Shown here: positions 1 through 9,730 of the stretch, piece by piece | Position numbering within the stretch: the stretch's first letter is position 1 | How the letters are laid out: the number at the start of each line of letters is the position of its first letter | Assembly: GCA_003524095.1 (NCBI GenBank) | Contig: DOEE01000003.1 | Location: 732,662-796,661 of the forward strand | Reading direction: 5' to 3' | Source: Clostridiales bacterium | GTDB taxonomy: Bacteria; Bacillota; Clostridia; Christensenellales; UBA1242 | DNA: 64,000 bases | Position numbers and translations under genes: made by a program | Notes under the pieces: generated by a model | What the model saw: the letters and a program-made list of their open reading frames with translations, nothing else | Databases searched by the model: none | What the model was told of the DNA's origin: nothing

Positions 1-54
1 CAAAATACACACATAAAAACTAATAAATTGCAATTAATTGCTGATTTTTACGTT

Positions 55-1026
55 CTAAATGTTTAAAATTTTGAGTACAATTAGACCAACTGCATTATCA
101 ATACTCATATTGCTCTGTTTCAAATCAAAATCAACTTGAGACAAAAGTTCATTAATTTTTTTGAGTTGTGACTTTGAAAACAACCCCGCTTGTTGCATAC
201 TCATTTTGACAGCATACTCTTTGACCCCAAGAAGTTTTGATAGTTCCATTCTGTTTTTGTCTTGATTAAGTGTCACCATAAATAGTCTTCTGAAATGCGA
301 AAAAATTATGGCTGGCAATGTTCTAAACTCGTCTTTTTTCGCCTTCATATCACTAATTATTTGATAAACCCTTATGCTATTCTTTTTTGCCAAAGCGTCT
401 GTTAATTCAAATACTTGATACTCAAGACTTGGGGTAACCAATTCTTTTATATCGCTGATTTCAATACTATCTTTGTCCCCTACATATGAGATTAATTTAT
501 TTAATTCAACTGTAATCTTTGCCAAATCCCCCAAGGTATAATCGTACAAGAGTTTTATAGTTTCTTCTGATATATTTTTATTTGACATATTTGCGATTTG
601 CTTAATTTTCAAAGAAACAATATTAATTCCAAGTCTATTACAATCAATACTTTCTATATTTTTGTCAATAAATTTGATGTCGTTGCTTCCCAAGTTTACA
701 ATAAGCACACTCGACATATTTGGACATTCAAGATATTCTTGCAAGTCTTTGATATTTTTAAGTTCATTCAGTTTGGACATTCTAATATCCAAATAAACTA
801 TTTTTTTATCACAAAACACAGGAAGAGTATTAAGTGCACGAACTACGTCTTTCATATCTATTATCCCTTCGCCAAACTTAATTAAGTTTAAGTCTTCCAT
901 TTGCATGCCTGAATATTTAACTATTAGATTATATGCCGAAGAAAGCAAAAACTCATCAACACCCATAAGTAAATAAGCGGGTTCAATTTTTGATTTCAAG
1001 TTGTTTTTTAGTTCTTCAAATTTCAT
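55..1026 (-). CDS. holA: DNA polymerase III delta subunit
   Basis: 323-aa ORF. Size and sequence style fit the delta subunit. It lies directly downstream of comEC with a 4-nt ATGA overlap, the usual Bacillota comEC-holA arrangement (from memory). Confidence 0.75.
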   Translation of the reverse strand: MKFEELKNNLKSKIEPAYLLMGVDEFLLSSAYNLIVKYSGMQMEDLNLIKFGEGIIDMKDVVRALNTLPVFCDKKIVYLDIRMSKLNELKNIKDLQEYLECPNMSSVLIVNLGSNDIKFIDKNIESIDCNRLGINIVSLKIKQIANMSNKNISEETIKLLYDYTLGDLAKITVELNKLISYVGDKDSIEISDIKELVTPSLEYQVFELTDALAKKNSIRVYQIISDMKAKKDEFRTLPAIIFSHFRRLFMVTLNQDKNRMELSKLLGVKEYAVKMSMQQAGLFSKSQLKKINELLSQVDFDLKQSNMSIDNAVGLIVLKILNI

Positions 1027-3236
1027 AATGCAAATCCCTCTTTATATTTATTTAATATATAAAAACCAGTTTTGTCAAGACTAATTACATTAGGTTCCAA
1101 TGATTTATTACATACAAGACGTTTGTGGCTTATATTATAAACTCCAAGATTTGTATCAGTATTATTTAAATAAAGTATATCCACTTTTGAAAAATTATCC
1201 ATTAAAAACCTTGCTTCTTTTTTGTTTGGCTTAATTTCGGGAATAAGCACAGTTCCCAAACTTGTTTTTAAATAAACAGCAATTATATATCCGTCATAAT
1301 GAACAGTTTCAAGTCTAAGCGAGCCCACTTCAACATTCAATTCAAAAATATTTATATTAGGAATCCTTTTGGATAGTTCAGAGTAATTAAAATCTGACGG
1401 AACATAGATATTTTTGACGCTGTTATCATTACAAATTTCTACTAGATTATTTAGTGAATTTAGTTGTAAATCATAAGCAATTATATTATCAATATTTTTG
1501 ATATGTAAATTTTTTAGGTCAGTCACAACTCTGCTATTTTTTATATTAGAGCCAATCAGCGTTACGATATTATCTTCGACATAATAGCAAACATTTCCTT
1601 TGTAATTCTGTACAAAAATCAAATTGTCATTGCTATAATTATTTGGAATTGCAGACATAAGAAACATAGTAATCAAAAGTGACGTTAATACAAAGGATAG
1701 TCCAAACTTAATGTACTTTTTTATCATGAAAAAATGAAGAATTATTGATATAATCAAAATCAGTGTCAATGTCCAAAAACTTACATTAAAGATTTTGAAT
1801 ATGCCAAATTTTATATTTGAAACATAGTCAGCAATTGTTTTGATTATATGCAAAAATAATTCGGGAACTTTGAGTAAAAATCCCATAAAAGGCAAAATCA
1901 AACTCACAAAAGCAACAACAAAAAGCAAAACATAAGTTATGCTAAAAATTGGAAGAACAAAGATGTTTGTGATAATCCCAAGCAAACTAACCTTTGCAAA
2001 ATTATTAAACCCAACTGGCAATATCGCCAAGTTAGTTGCAATACTTAGAGCAAGTGAACTGGCAAACACTTTGGGAAGTTTGATTTTTTCAAGCATTTTT
2101 GAAAGAGTTGGAGCAAGAGAAATTATAGCAAATATACACAAAAAAGATAATTGAAATGATATAGTAAAAAGTGCAAACGGACTAAATGCAAGTATAATTA
2201 GACCCGCTATACTCAGAGAACTTAGACTATCATACTCAATTAAATATATATCGCAAAGGGTTAATACAATCGCCATAATACTCGCCCTACACACAGACGG
2301 AGTAAATGAGCATAGATACGAATAAAATACAAGAATTGCAGAAAGTATGCCAAGTCTTACAAACTTGTTCATTTTGATTTTTTTGAGTATAAACATAATT
2401 GCTGAGACAAGCACACCGATATGCAAACCCGATACTGCTAGAATATGAGATATTCCCGCATAACTAAACATATCTGACAAGTCTTGGCTTAGTCCCTGTT
2501 TGTCACCAAACAAAATCGCATACGAAATATTTGCATTGTCATAGTTGAGATTGCTTATTAAATTTTGATAAGTCGAATTTTTGATTATGTCTTTGAAACT
2601 TTGTTTCCCCGCTTCAACTTCACATTTATCAACTCCTACATAACAAGAATAGCCCACACCCTGAAAAATCTTTTTTCCATTGTTAGTATCAAAATGGAAT
2701 GATTCAAGTTCGGTTTCAAATGCAACTTGGTCTCCCAAATTAACTACAAAGTTTTTTGTGGTGTACACAACAATTTTGTAATCAACTTTAACTTGTTCTT
2801 CACTATTATCAACAACGGCATCTTTAATTAAAAACCTAGTTGATGTATCCTCAAATACTATGTTGTCACATACAACACCATTAACTTTAACCGTACCATA
2901 AAAGTCTCTAATATTATTTGCTTTGCTAACTGGGAAAATGATACTTACTGTTCCTAAAATAAAAACAACAAAGAAAACAATACTCGATACCAACAATATT
3001 TTGCTAATGTTCTTTCGATATTCAATTTTTTCATTATATGATTTTGTTTTTATTGCATAAATAATTATAGCAACACAAAGCATTAATACACCAACAAGCA
3101 TTACAATCGCTAGCGTAGTTTTTATCCTATTTAAGTACCAATTAAAACCAAAAAGAATACCGAGCATAAGCCCGACAAATGCTACAAAAGTTATTCTAAT
3201 GTTTACGATTCTTTTGTTTGTCATCTTTTGTTCCAA
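1023..3236 (-). CDS. comEC: DNA internalization competence protein ComEC/Rec2
   Basis: 737-aa polytopic membrane ORF with the ILAVSGLHIGVL competence-channel motif and an N-terminal OB-like region. I could not find the HxHxDH motif in the C-terminal third. Confidence 0.8.
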   Translation of the reverse strand: MEQKMTNKRIVNIRITFVAFVGLMLGILFGFNWYLNRIKTTLAIVMLVGVLMLCVAIIIYAIKTKSYNEKIEYRKNISKILLVSSIVFFVVFILGTVSIIFPVSKANNIRDFYGTVKVNGVVCDNIVFEDTSTRFLIKDAVVDNSEEQVKVDYKIVVYTTKNFVVNLGDQVAFETELESFHFDTNNGKKIFQGVGYSCYVGVDKCEVEAGKQSFKDIIKNSTYQNLISNLNYDNANISYAILFGDKQGLSQDLSDMFSYAGISHILAVSGLHIGVLVSAIMFILKKIKMNKFVRLGILSAILVFYSYLCSFTPSVCRASIMAIVLTLCDIYLIEYDSLSSLSIAGLIILAFSPFALFTISFQLSFLCIFAIISLAPTLSKMLEKIKLPKVFASSLALSIATNLAILPVGFNNFAKVSLLGIITNIFVLPIFSITYVLLFVVAFVSLILPFMGFLLKVPELFLHIIKTIADYVSNIKFGIFKIFNVSFWTLTLILIISIILHFFMIKKYIKFGLSFVLTSLLITMFLMSAIPNNYSNDNLIFVQNYKGNVCYYVEDNIVTLIGSNIKNSRVVTDLKNLHIKNIDNIIAYDLQLNSLNNLVEICNDNSVKNIYVPSDFNYSELSKRIPNINIFELNVEVGSLRLETVHYDGYIIAVYLKTSLGTVLIPEIKPNKKEARFLMDNFSKVDILYLNNTDTNLGVYNISHKRLVCNKSLEPNVISLDKTGFYILNKYKEGFAL

Positions 3237-3300
3237 TTAGTACTACATTATATCAATATTAGTATACAATAATTGCGCGTATTTTCAAAGGCTTTTTGTC

Positions 3301-3345
3301 AAAAATACAACCTAAAATGTAACAATATTTTAGGTTGTATTTTGT
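3301..3345. terminator. bidirectional rho-independent terminator
   Basis: ATACAACCTAAAA / TTTTAGGTTGTAT 13-bp stem flanked by an A-run and a T-run, just downstream of the M50 protease gene. Confidence 0.65.
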
Positions 3346-3383
3346 CTTAATACCAAAAGAAAACCAGACACAAAATTTGAATA

Positions 3384-4163
3384 TTACTTAAGCAAATCGG
3401 TTTCATTAATTGTTTCAGTTTTGCCATCTAATTCATTTTTAAAAACCGAAAAATAATGTGGGTTTAGATACTTGACTAGTTCTTTTTTGTTGTGCGTTGA
3501 TACTTTAAACACTTTGACTTCAATAGGTTTATCGTTGTTTTTATTTAAACTCTTAATCTTGTCAAAATATACGTTTTTGTCAGAAGTTATAGAGTTTACT
3601 AACAAAAACATACTAGTTATTAACAAATTGTAGTTAGTTTTAAAAAATATAGATATTAAAAACAAAACTACAAACAATATTCCAAAAGTCAGACAAACAA
3701 TTTTGTTTATCCTAAGACACTTGTTTCGATTTTTGCCTTTTAGACAAAGAATGGACACAATTATTCTACCGCCATCAAGCGGATACAAAGGCAACAAATT
3801 AAACATCATTACAACAATATTGCAAATCAAAAAATCGTATGTGTATAGATAAGATAATGGAAAAATCCACCACAAACAAATTGTAACAACAATCAAAATT
3901 AAATTCACAAGTGGGCCACAAAGCGAGATGATAATATCATGTTTGCTTTTGAAACTCGAATTTGTAGTTATTCCTGCACCACTCAGAGAATAGATAATTG
4001 AATCCATCTGATAGCCATAATATTTTGCACAAAAATAATGTCCGTATTCATGCATGGTTACAACAACAACATAATAAAAAATTTTATTAAACCAGTTAAA
4101 ATAAATACAGACAAAAACATACAAAGCAAAAAGTGGATGAAATTTAATTTTTAACTTTCCCAT
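3384..4163 (-). CDS. spoIVFB: M50 site-2 metalloprotease, SpoIVFB-like
   Basis: 259-aa membrane ORF with HEYGH (HExxH) and NLLPLYPLDGGRI (LDG) motifs. It sits downstream of minD and a degenerate LytM protein, as in the B. subtilis minCD-spoIVFA-spoIVFB locus. Confidence 0.75.
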   Translation of the reverse strand: MGKLKIKFHPLFALYVFVCIYFNWFNKIFYYVVVVTMHEYGHYFCAKYYGYQMDSIIYSLSGAGITTNSSFKSKHDIIISLCGPLVNLILIVVTICLWWIFPLSYLYTYDFLICNIVVMMFNLLPLYPLDGGRIIVSILCLKGKNRNKCLRINKIVCLTFGILFVVLFLISIFFKTNYNLLITSMFLLVNSITSDKNVYFDKIKSLNKNNDKPIEVKVFKVSTHNKKELVKYLNPHYFSVFKNELDGKTETINETDLLK

Positions 4164-4780
4164 ATGATTTTACTTTTACTTATTTTTAGATTACTTATTT
4201 GAGTGTCATTTTGAAAAATCTTAAGATATACAGTATTCCCGGTTTTTGTTGTTGCAATATCTTGACCGGACTTAACTATATCATTTTCTTTTACTCCAAC
4301 AATTTCAACGTTCTCAATCCTTGTTTCAAGATTGTTGTTATGTTTAATAGTTATACATTTTACACCGTCAGTACTTTTGTTCACACTCACAACCATGCCA
4401 CTCTCACAGGCGGACACCATTATAGAATTCCCCACCGTAAATTTAATAGTTCCGTCCATTAAGATTTCATAAATCCCACCCTTAATTGGCAAAACCAAAT
4501 TCAAAGTGTCTTTTTCAATTGCATTAGCATTTGTGAACACAACTCCACTATTATCACTATAAAGCGAACTTACGGGATTTAACACTTTTATAATATCGGT
4601 TTTGATACTTTGAAATAGTGTGTTATTAGTTGCGAAACACACCAAAAATAACGAAACAATAACAAAAGGAATTATAGACTTGTGACTGCTTTTCTTTTTA
4701 CATTTTATTATAATTTCATTTTTTGTCATAGACAAAATCATTACTTTGTTTTCCATACTAGAGTATATGCTTGTCCACAA
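4151..4780 (-). CDS. membrane-anchored degenerate LytM/M23-like protein (SpoIVFA-like by position)
   Basis: 209-aa ORF with an N-terminal TM segment. The C-terminal part (ITIKHNNNLETRIENV...VKENDIVKSGQDIA) resembles an M23 fold without a full metal-binding set. It overlaps the spoIVFB start by 13 nt. The true start may be an internal Met. Confidence 0.5.
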   Translation of the reverse strand: MWTSIYSSMENKVMILSMTKNEIIIKCKKKSSHKSIIPFVIVSLFLVCFATNNTLFQSIKTDIIKVLNPVSSLYSDNSGVVFTNANAIEKDTLNLVLPIKGGIYEILMDGTIKFTVGNSIMVSACESGMVVSVNKSTDGVKCITIKHNNNLETRIENVEIVGVKENDIVKSGQDIATTKTGNTVYLKIFQNDTQISNLKISKSKIIWES

Positions 4781-4801
4781 ACTTATATTACAAACAAAAA
4801 T

Positions 4802-5038
4802 TTAAAACGTGTGAGCAATTTTTAAAAAACTCGAAATTGCGTTTATTTGCAAATCATATTTTCCATCGTCATTAATTAAAATACTAAGACTCACGTCTTC
4901 ACTAGTTATATCAAAATAATTTTTGAGAACATTCATAATTTCGGATTTAAGAAGTCTTTCTATTTTTTCAGGATTTTCTTTTTTGTCAGCGACAATAATA
5001 TTTTTTAATCTGTTTTCCAAATTAGCCAAATCCCTCAT
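4802..5038 (-). CDS. minE: cell division topological specificity factor MinE
   Basis: 78-aa ORF with a 4-nt overlap with the minD stop. The segment KSEIMNVLKNYFDITSEDVSLSILINDDGKYDLQINA aligns by eye with the MinE C-terminal domain. Confidence 0.65.
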   Translation of the reverse strand: MRDLANLENRLKNIIVADKKENPEKIERLLKSEIMNVLKNYFDITSEDVSLSILINDDGKYDLQINAISSFLKIAHTF

Positions 5039-5823
5039 ACCCTACCTCTCAATCTTTTTCTTATTGAACCCAAAAAACCCTGATATTTTTTTGTACAATC
5101 AAAAATTTTATTGTCTACCCCACTTAGATTTTTAACAATCATATTCATAGAAATTTGAATGGGAGAACTACTTTCAAATACACCCGCCGACAAAGACTGA
5201 AGAGTCACGCTATCATCTTCGGGAATAACGCCCAAAAGTTTAACACTTAGACTTTCGGCAATGGTATTTACACCAAGCATTTTTGAATCCAAAACCAAAT
5301 CTCCCCTAACCCTATTAATAATTAGATATGGCACATGTTTGGTCTTGAGTACATTAATAATTTTGTCAGCATCTCTAATGGCAGACAAGTGCGGTGTAGT
5401 TACAACAATATATTCATCTGCCGAATCGACAGCACGTCTAAAACCACCATCAATCCCCGCCGGACAATCTATCAAAACATAATCAAAATAACTATCGAGT
5501 TGCATAATAATACTAGATAATTCTCTTGCACCAAATCTAACTTTCGAAAATCCATGAGTGCTTGGGAATATAAACAAGTTACTCTCCAAAAAATCTTGAA
5601 TCAAAGCCTGTTTTGGCTGACATTTTCCTTCCAAAACATCAATTACATCGTAGACGATTTTGTTTTCTATGCCCATTACTACATCCAGGTTATTGAGTCC
5701 AAAATCCATATCTATAAGCAAAGTTTTGTAGCCATTTTTGGCTAGTGTCATTCCTAATGACGCAACAATAGTAGTTTTTCCAACCCCGCCTTTGCCACTT
5801 GTTACACAAATTTTTCGTGCCAT
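5035..5823 (-). CDS. minD: septum site-determining ATPase MinD
   Basis: 262-aa ORF with the deviant Walker A motif SGKGGVGKTT and a C-terminal amphipathic tail (GFLGSIRKRLRGRV). Confidence 0.9.
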   Translation of the reverse strand: MARKICVTSGKGGVGKTTIVASLGMTLAKNGYKTLLIDMDFGLNNLDVVMGIENKIVYDVIDVLEGKCQPKQALIQDFLESNLFIFPSTHGFSKVRFGARELSSIIMQLDSYFDYVLIDCPAGIDGGFRRAVDSADEYIVVTTPHLSAIRDADKIINVLKTKHVPYLIINRVRGDLVLDSKMLGVNTIAESLSVKLLGVIPEDDSVTLQSLSAGVFESSSPIQISMNMIVKNLSGVDNKIFDCTKKYQGFLGSIRKRLRGRV

Positions 5824-5865
5824 AATATCCCCTAAAATTTAGACTTTAGTATATTCAATAATTTT

Positions 5866-5902
5866 TGAAAAAAAAAGTAAAGACAATTAAATTTCTTTAC
5901 TT
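5866..5902 (-). terminator. rho-independent terminator after the mreB-like gene
   Basis: AAGTAAAGA / TCTTTACTT stem followed on the minus strand by a T-run (plus-strand A9). Confidence 0.6.
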
Positions 5903-5965
5903 TTAAATTTTTAAACTTTCGACATTAAATATCAAAAATAATTATTTAAATACAAAACTTTTACT

Positions 5966-6934
5966 CTATGAATTTTGAGCGACTAGTTTTTCAATGTTTT
6001 GTTCATCATCTAGTATTTGACCAGCACCAATCATAGTTACAATATTTGGCTTGTATCTAAAACTCTCCAAATCGAGTTTAACTTTTAAGAATTTTTCTAT
6101 TCCAGCAATTTTACTCGAAGCACCACATAGATATATTCCATGTCTTTTTATATCCAAATTAACTTCGCTATCAAGTGAAGATATTATTTGCAAAATAGCA
6201 GATGCTATATTTGAATACTCGGACACAACAATTCCAAAAATATCACTACTGCTGACTTCTACTTTTGAATACTCAGTTGTGTCTTTTATAAATCCTTCTA
6301 TAGTCATTGACCTTATATCATTTGGAAGCAGAGTAGCAAGTTCATTTTTGACTTTTTCTGCACTTTCTTTGCTGATTTCAATACATTTTTCATCGTAGAT
6401 TAATTTTGCAATTTTTTGATCAATATTGCTTCCGCCATTATAAACAGTCGCACCTGTCAAAATTCTTCCGTTGTTTATAACCGCAATTTCGGTGTTAACA
6501 CCAATATCCACAATCAAAAAAGATTTTCTAAAATTTTCAATTTCAAAGCCATATGTGGTTGCAATAATCGAAGGCAAAACTTTAACATAATTAACACCCA
6601 ATGCATAAGCTAGGTTTTTAAATTCAGCAACATATTTCATATTATCTAGCGACACCAAAAACAAAACTCCGTCTCTTTTGGTTATTTCTATCTTTTTGAA
6701 ATACTCTCCGAGTAGAATTTCAGCCAAACTAAAATCTATTTGACCATTATCTACAACTTTTCTATACTCCATTCCCGAAGTATACGCATCATTTCCAACC
6801 GCCACAGCAACTTCGTGTTTTCCCTTAATTCCAGTCACAACAACTGACCTATCATGCAAAACAACACCTACTCCTGCCTTGTATATAGATGTCATGTTGC
6901 TTCCAAGTTCAATTGCAAAATTAATCTTTTTCAT
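5966..6934 (-). CDS. divergent MreB/Mbl-like actin-fold protein
   Basis: 322-aa ORF collinear with MreB, but the phosphate and adenosine motifs are altered (IELGSNMT, VDIGVNTEIAV, YLCGASSKIAGI). Confidence 0.6.
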   Translation of the reverse strand: MKKINFAIELGSNMTSIYKAGVGVVLHDRSVVVTGIKGKHEVAVAVGNDAYTSGMEYRKVVDNGQIDFSLAEILLGEYFKKIEITKRDGVLFLVSLDNMKYVAEFKNLAYALGVNYVKVLPSIIATTYGFEIENFRKSFLIVDIGVNTEIAVINNGRILTGATVYNGGSNIDQKIAKLIYDEKCIEISKESAEKVKNELATLLPNDIRSMTIEGFIKDTTEYSKVEVSSSDIFGIVVSEYSNIASAILQIISSLDSEVNLDIKRHGIYLCGASSKIAGIEKFLKVKLDLESFRYKPNIVTMIGAGQILDDEQNIEKLVAQNS

Positions 6935-7012
6935 AATTTCTCCTATGATTATTATAACACCATTCTATTATATTACAAAATCTTAAAATAACATTGTCTC
7001 TCGATTATTAAA

Positions 7013-8329
7013 TTATTCTTGAATTTTATCTAAAACCACCAAGCTTTCAATATGTTTTGTATTTGGGAACATGTCGAATGCTTTGACGCTATTAATTGTA
7101 AAATTATTTATCATGAATTTCAAATCTCTTTCAAGAGTTGCCAAATTACAAGAAACATAAATAATTCGTTTTGGAAGATTATTATTTTCGTCCTTCAAAA
7201 ATTGTAATAATTTTTCGCCACAACCACTTCTAGCGGGGTCAAGAATCAATGTATAATCACCCAAATCTTTTGAAACGCACCTAATCTTTTCGTTTGCATC
7301 GCCACAAATATTTGTAAGTGTCGTAATATTATTAGACAATTTTAATTTTTGAGCGATATCGGATGCAAACTTATTTATTTCAATTCCAATTACATTTTTG
7401 TTCTTTGCAATTATAGCAGACATAAGCCCCGCACCACTAAATGCATCAATTACATTGCTTGTCCCAATGTTTCTGATAACTTCCATATAGAGTTCTTTTT
7501 TTATTATATCGTTTATTTGCAAAAATGACAAATTATTAATGCTGTAATTAATTCCAAATTCGCTTGTATCAATCGAATTTTTTCCATACAACTCGAAGTA
7601 TTTTCCTTTCATTATATCTTTGGAATTATCACTAACCAGTAGTGACAAGCCTTGGGTCTTGATTGCAGTATTTAATTTTTGATAGTAGTCAAACAAATTA
7701 ATTTTTTTGCTTGCGACAATTGTAACTAAGAGTTTGTCATCTACTTCCCTTATAACCAAATATTTCAAAAAACCAAGTTTAGAAGTATCCGAAAACAGTT
7801 TAAAGTTTTCATTAAAATATTTTTGCGAAAAGTTTAAAACTTTGATTATTCCCTTTTTTGAAATTAAACAATCTTTTATTTCAATTACATCATGCGAATT
7901 CTTTTTGAACATTCCAATTTTGATTTCATCTTGGCTATAAACAAAAGGAAAGGTCATCTTATTGCGATATTCAAATTTGTTTTTTGAGATTATTTGAATA
8001 TCCGAAAAACTCTTATCTACTTTTGAAATTGTGTCTTTGACTTTACACAACTTAAATTCTAACTGTAACGAATCGTCCATATGTTGCAAATCGCAACCCC
8101 CACACTCAAAAAAATATGGACACTTAGGATTTATTCTACTTGTAGATTTAGTCAAGACTTCATTCAGTTTTGCATTACAAAATCTAGTTTTGTTATTTGT
8201 AATTGTTACATCACAAGTCTCGCACGGCAATGCAAAATCGACAAAGCCAATTTTGTCTTTGTCGTCTCCACTAGGCACATAAAAAATACCTTCGCCATTA
8301 ATACCTAATCTAACTATGTCTACTTGCAT
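7013..8329 (-). CDS. 23S rRNA (uracil-5-)-methyltransferase, RumA/TrmA family
   Basis: 438-aa ORF with an N-terminal TRAM-like region, a CPYFFECGGCDLQH iron-sulfur Cys cluster and a C-terminal SAM methyltransferase fold (DAFSGAG, DPARSG). Confidence 0.8.
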   Translation of the reverse strand: MQVDIVRLGINGEGIFYVPSGDDKDKIGFVDFALPCETCDVTITNNKTRFCNAKLNEVLTKSTSRINPKCPYFFECGGCDLQHMDDSLQLEFKLCKVKDTISKVDKSFSDIQIISKNKFEYRNKMTFPFVYSQDEIKIGMFKKNSHDVIEIKDCLISKKGIIKVLNFSQKYFNENFKLFSDTSKLGFLKYLVIREVDDKLLVTIVASKKINLFDYYQKLNTAIKTQGLSLLVSDNSKDIMKGKYFELYGKNSIDTSEFGINYSINNLSFLQINDIIKKELYMEVIRNIGTSNVIDAFSGAGLMSAIIAKNKNVIGIEINKFASDIAQKLKLSNNITTLTNICGDANEKIRCVSKDLGDYTLILDPARSGCGEKLLQFLKDENNNLPKRIIYVSCNLATLERDLKFMINNFTINSVKAFDMFPNTKHIESLVVLDKIQE

Positions 8330-8361
8330 AGTTTTATATTATCATAGATTTACAAAAAAAT

Positions 8362-8964
8362 CTATTTTTTAATCTTGGTTTTTAAATAATATGAATAGTT
8401 TGGCTTAGTTTCCGCATTGACTCTTCCGATTACAAAATCTCCACTCTCCGAATTTTTGGTTACAGTAGTTCCTGCACAAATATAAGTATCGTTAGCAATT
8501 TTAACTGGTGCTATTATATTTGAGTTTGAACCCACAAAACAATTATCTCCAACAATCGAAATATTCTTTTCAACACCGTTGTAATTACAAAAGATAACAC
8601 CACAACCAATATTTGAGTTTTTTCCAATAATTGCATCTCCGATATATGCCAAGTGATTTACCTTTGTATTTGCACCAATTATACTATTTTTAATTTCAAC
8701 ATAGTTTCCAATTTTGCAATTATCCCCAATAGAACAATTTGGTCTTATGTGTGAATACGGCCCAATACTAACATTGCACCCAATATTAGATTCTTCCAAA
8801 TAACTATCTGTAATACACGTTTTATCTTTAATTATACAATTTTTAATTGTACAGTTATTGCCAACAACTATATCATTTCCGTCAAATACTGTATTAATTA
8901 TGACATTATTTATACCTATTGACTTTAAATTAGTTAAACCCGAATTGTTTATTATATTTTTCAA
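8362..8964 (-). CDS. left-handed beta-helix acetyltransferase matching only the GlmU C-terminal domain
   Basis: 200-aa ORF of hexapeptide repeats. NHLAYIGDAIIGKNSNIGCGVIFCNYNGVEKN...VGSNSNIIAPV is collinear with the GlmU acetyltransferase half. No uridyltransferase domain is present, and only 46 nt separate it from the divergent neighbour. Confidence 0.7.
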   Translation of the reverse strand: MKNIINNSGLTNLKSIGINNVIINTVFDGNDIVVGNNCTIKNCIIKDKTCITDSYLEESNIGCNVSIGPYSHIRPNCSIGDNCKIGNYVEIKNSIIGANTKVNHLAYIGDAIIGKNSNIGCGVIFCNYNGVEKNISIVGDNCFVGSNSNIIAPVKIANDTYICAGTTVTKNSESGDFVIGRVNAETKPNYSYYLKTKIKK

Positions 8965-9010
8965 AATTCCCCCAATGTATAAAAATTAAATTTGTGTCAA
9001 CCATAAACAT

Positions 9011-9730
9011 ATGATTTTCACATTGATTTGTAGAAGTATAATTTTATATGTTTTAATTTTATTTTTAATAAGAATAATGGGCAAAAGACAGATTGGCGAA
9101 ATGCAACCTTTTGAACTGGTTATAACCCTAGTTATTGCCGACCTTGCAACCATTCCAATGGCAGAAACTGCACTCCCACTCATTCAGGGAGTTATCCCAT
9201 TATTTACTCTTGTATGTATTCATTATTTAATATGTTTACTTTCAAGAAAAAGTGTTACTTTTCGAAGATTATTTAGCGGAAAGCCTGTAATTTTACTCGA
9301 CCCAGATGGAATAAATTATGAAAATATGCGAAAAGTTAATATGAACTTTAATGACTTACTCGAAGGTTTACATTCGGCGGGATATTTCAATTTGGAAGAA
9401 TTGCTTTATGTGATTTTGCAAACAAACGGAACTATGACAGTCATCAATAGGTCACCATATGCACCATTAACCGCAAACGATATTGGCATTAGAAAAGAAC
9501 AAGCAACACTGCCAATGATTATTATATCTAAGGGAAAAGTCATGAATGAAAATTTGAAACTTGCTGGCATTGACGAAAAGTTTTTGATAGAGAATGTTAG
9601 CAAAGTTGGAATTAACTCACTCAAAGACATTTTGATATTGACGTTTGATAACAAGGGCAAAATTTATGTTCAACCAAAGAAAGGAAAGTTCAAAACGGTT
9701 GATACTAAATACACAGGGGGCAATTGGTGA
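9011..9730 (+). CDS. DUF421 (YetF-like) membrane protein
   Basis: 239-aa ORF. The N-terminal segment LILFLIRIMGKRQIGEMQPFELVITLVIADLA is typical of the DUF421 family (from memory). Confidence 0.7.
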   Translation: MIFTLICRSIILYVLILFLIRIMGKRQIGEMQPFELVITLVIADLATIPMAETALPLIQGVIPLFTLVCIHYLICLLSRKSVTFRRLFSGKPVILLDPDGINYENMRKVNMNFNDLLEGLHSAGYFNLEELLYVILQTNGTMTVINRSPYAPLTANDIGIRKEQATLPMIIISKGKVMNENLKLAGIDEKFLIENVSKVGINSLKDILILTFDNKGKIYVQPKKGKFKTVDTKYTGGNW

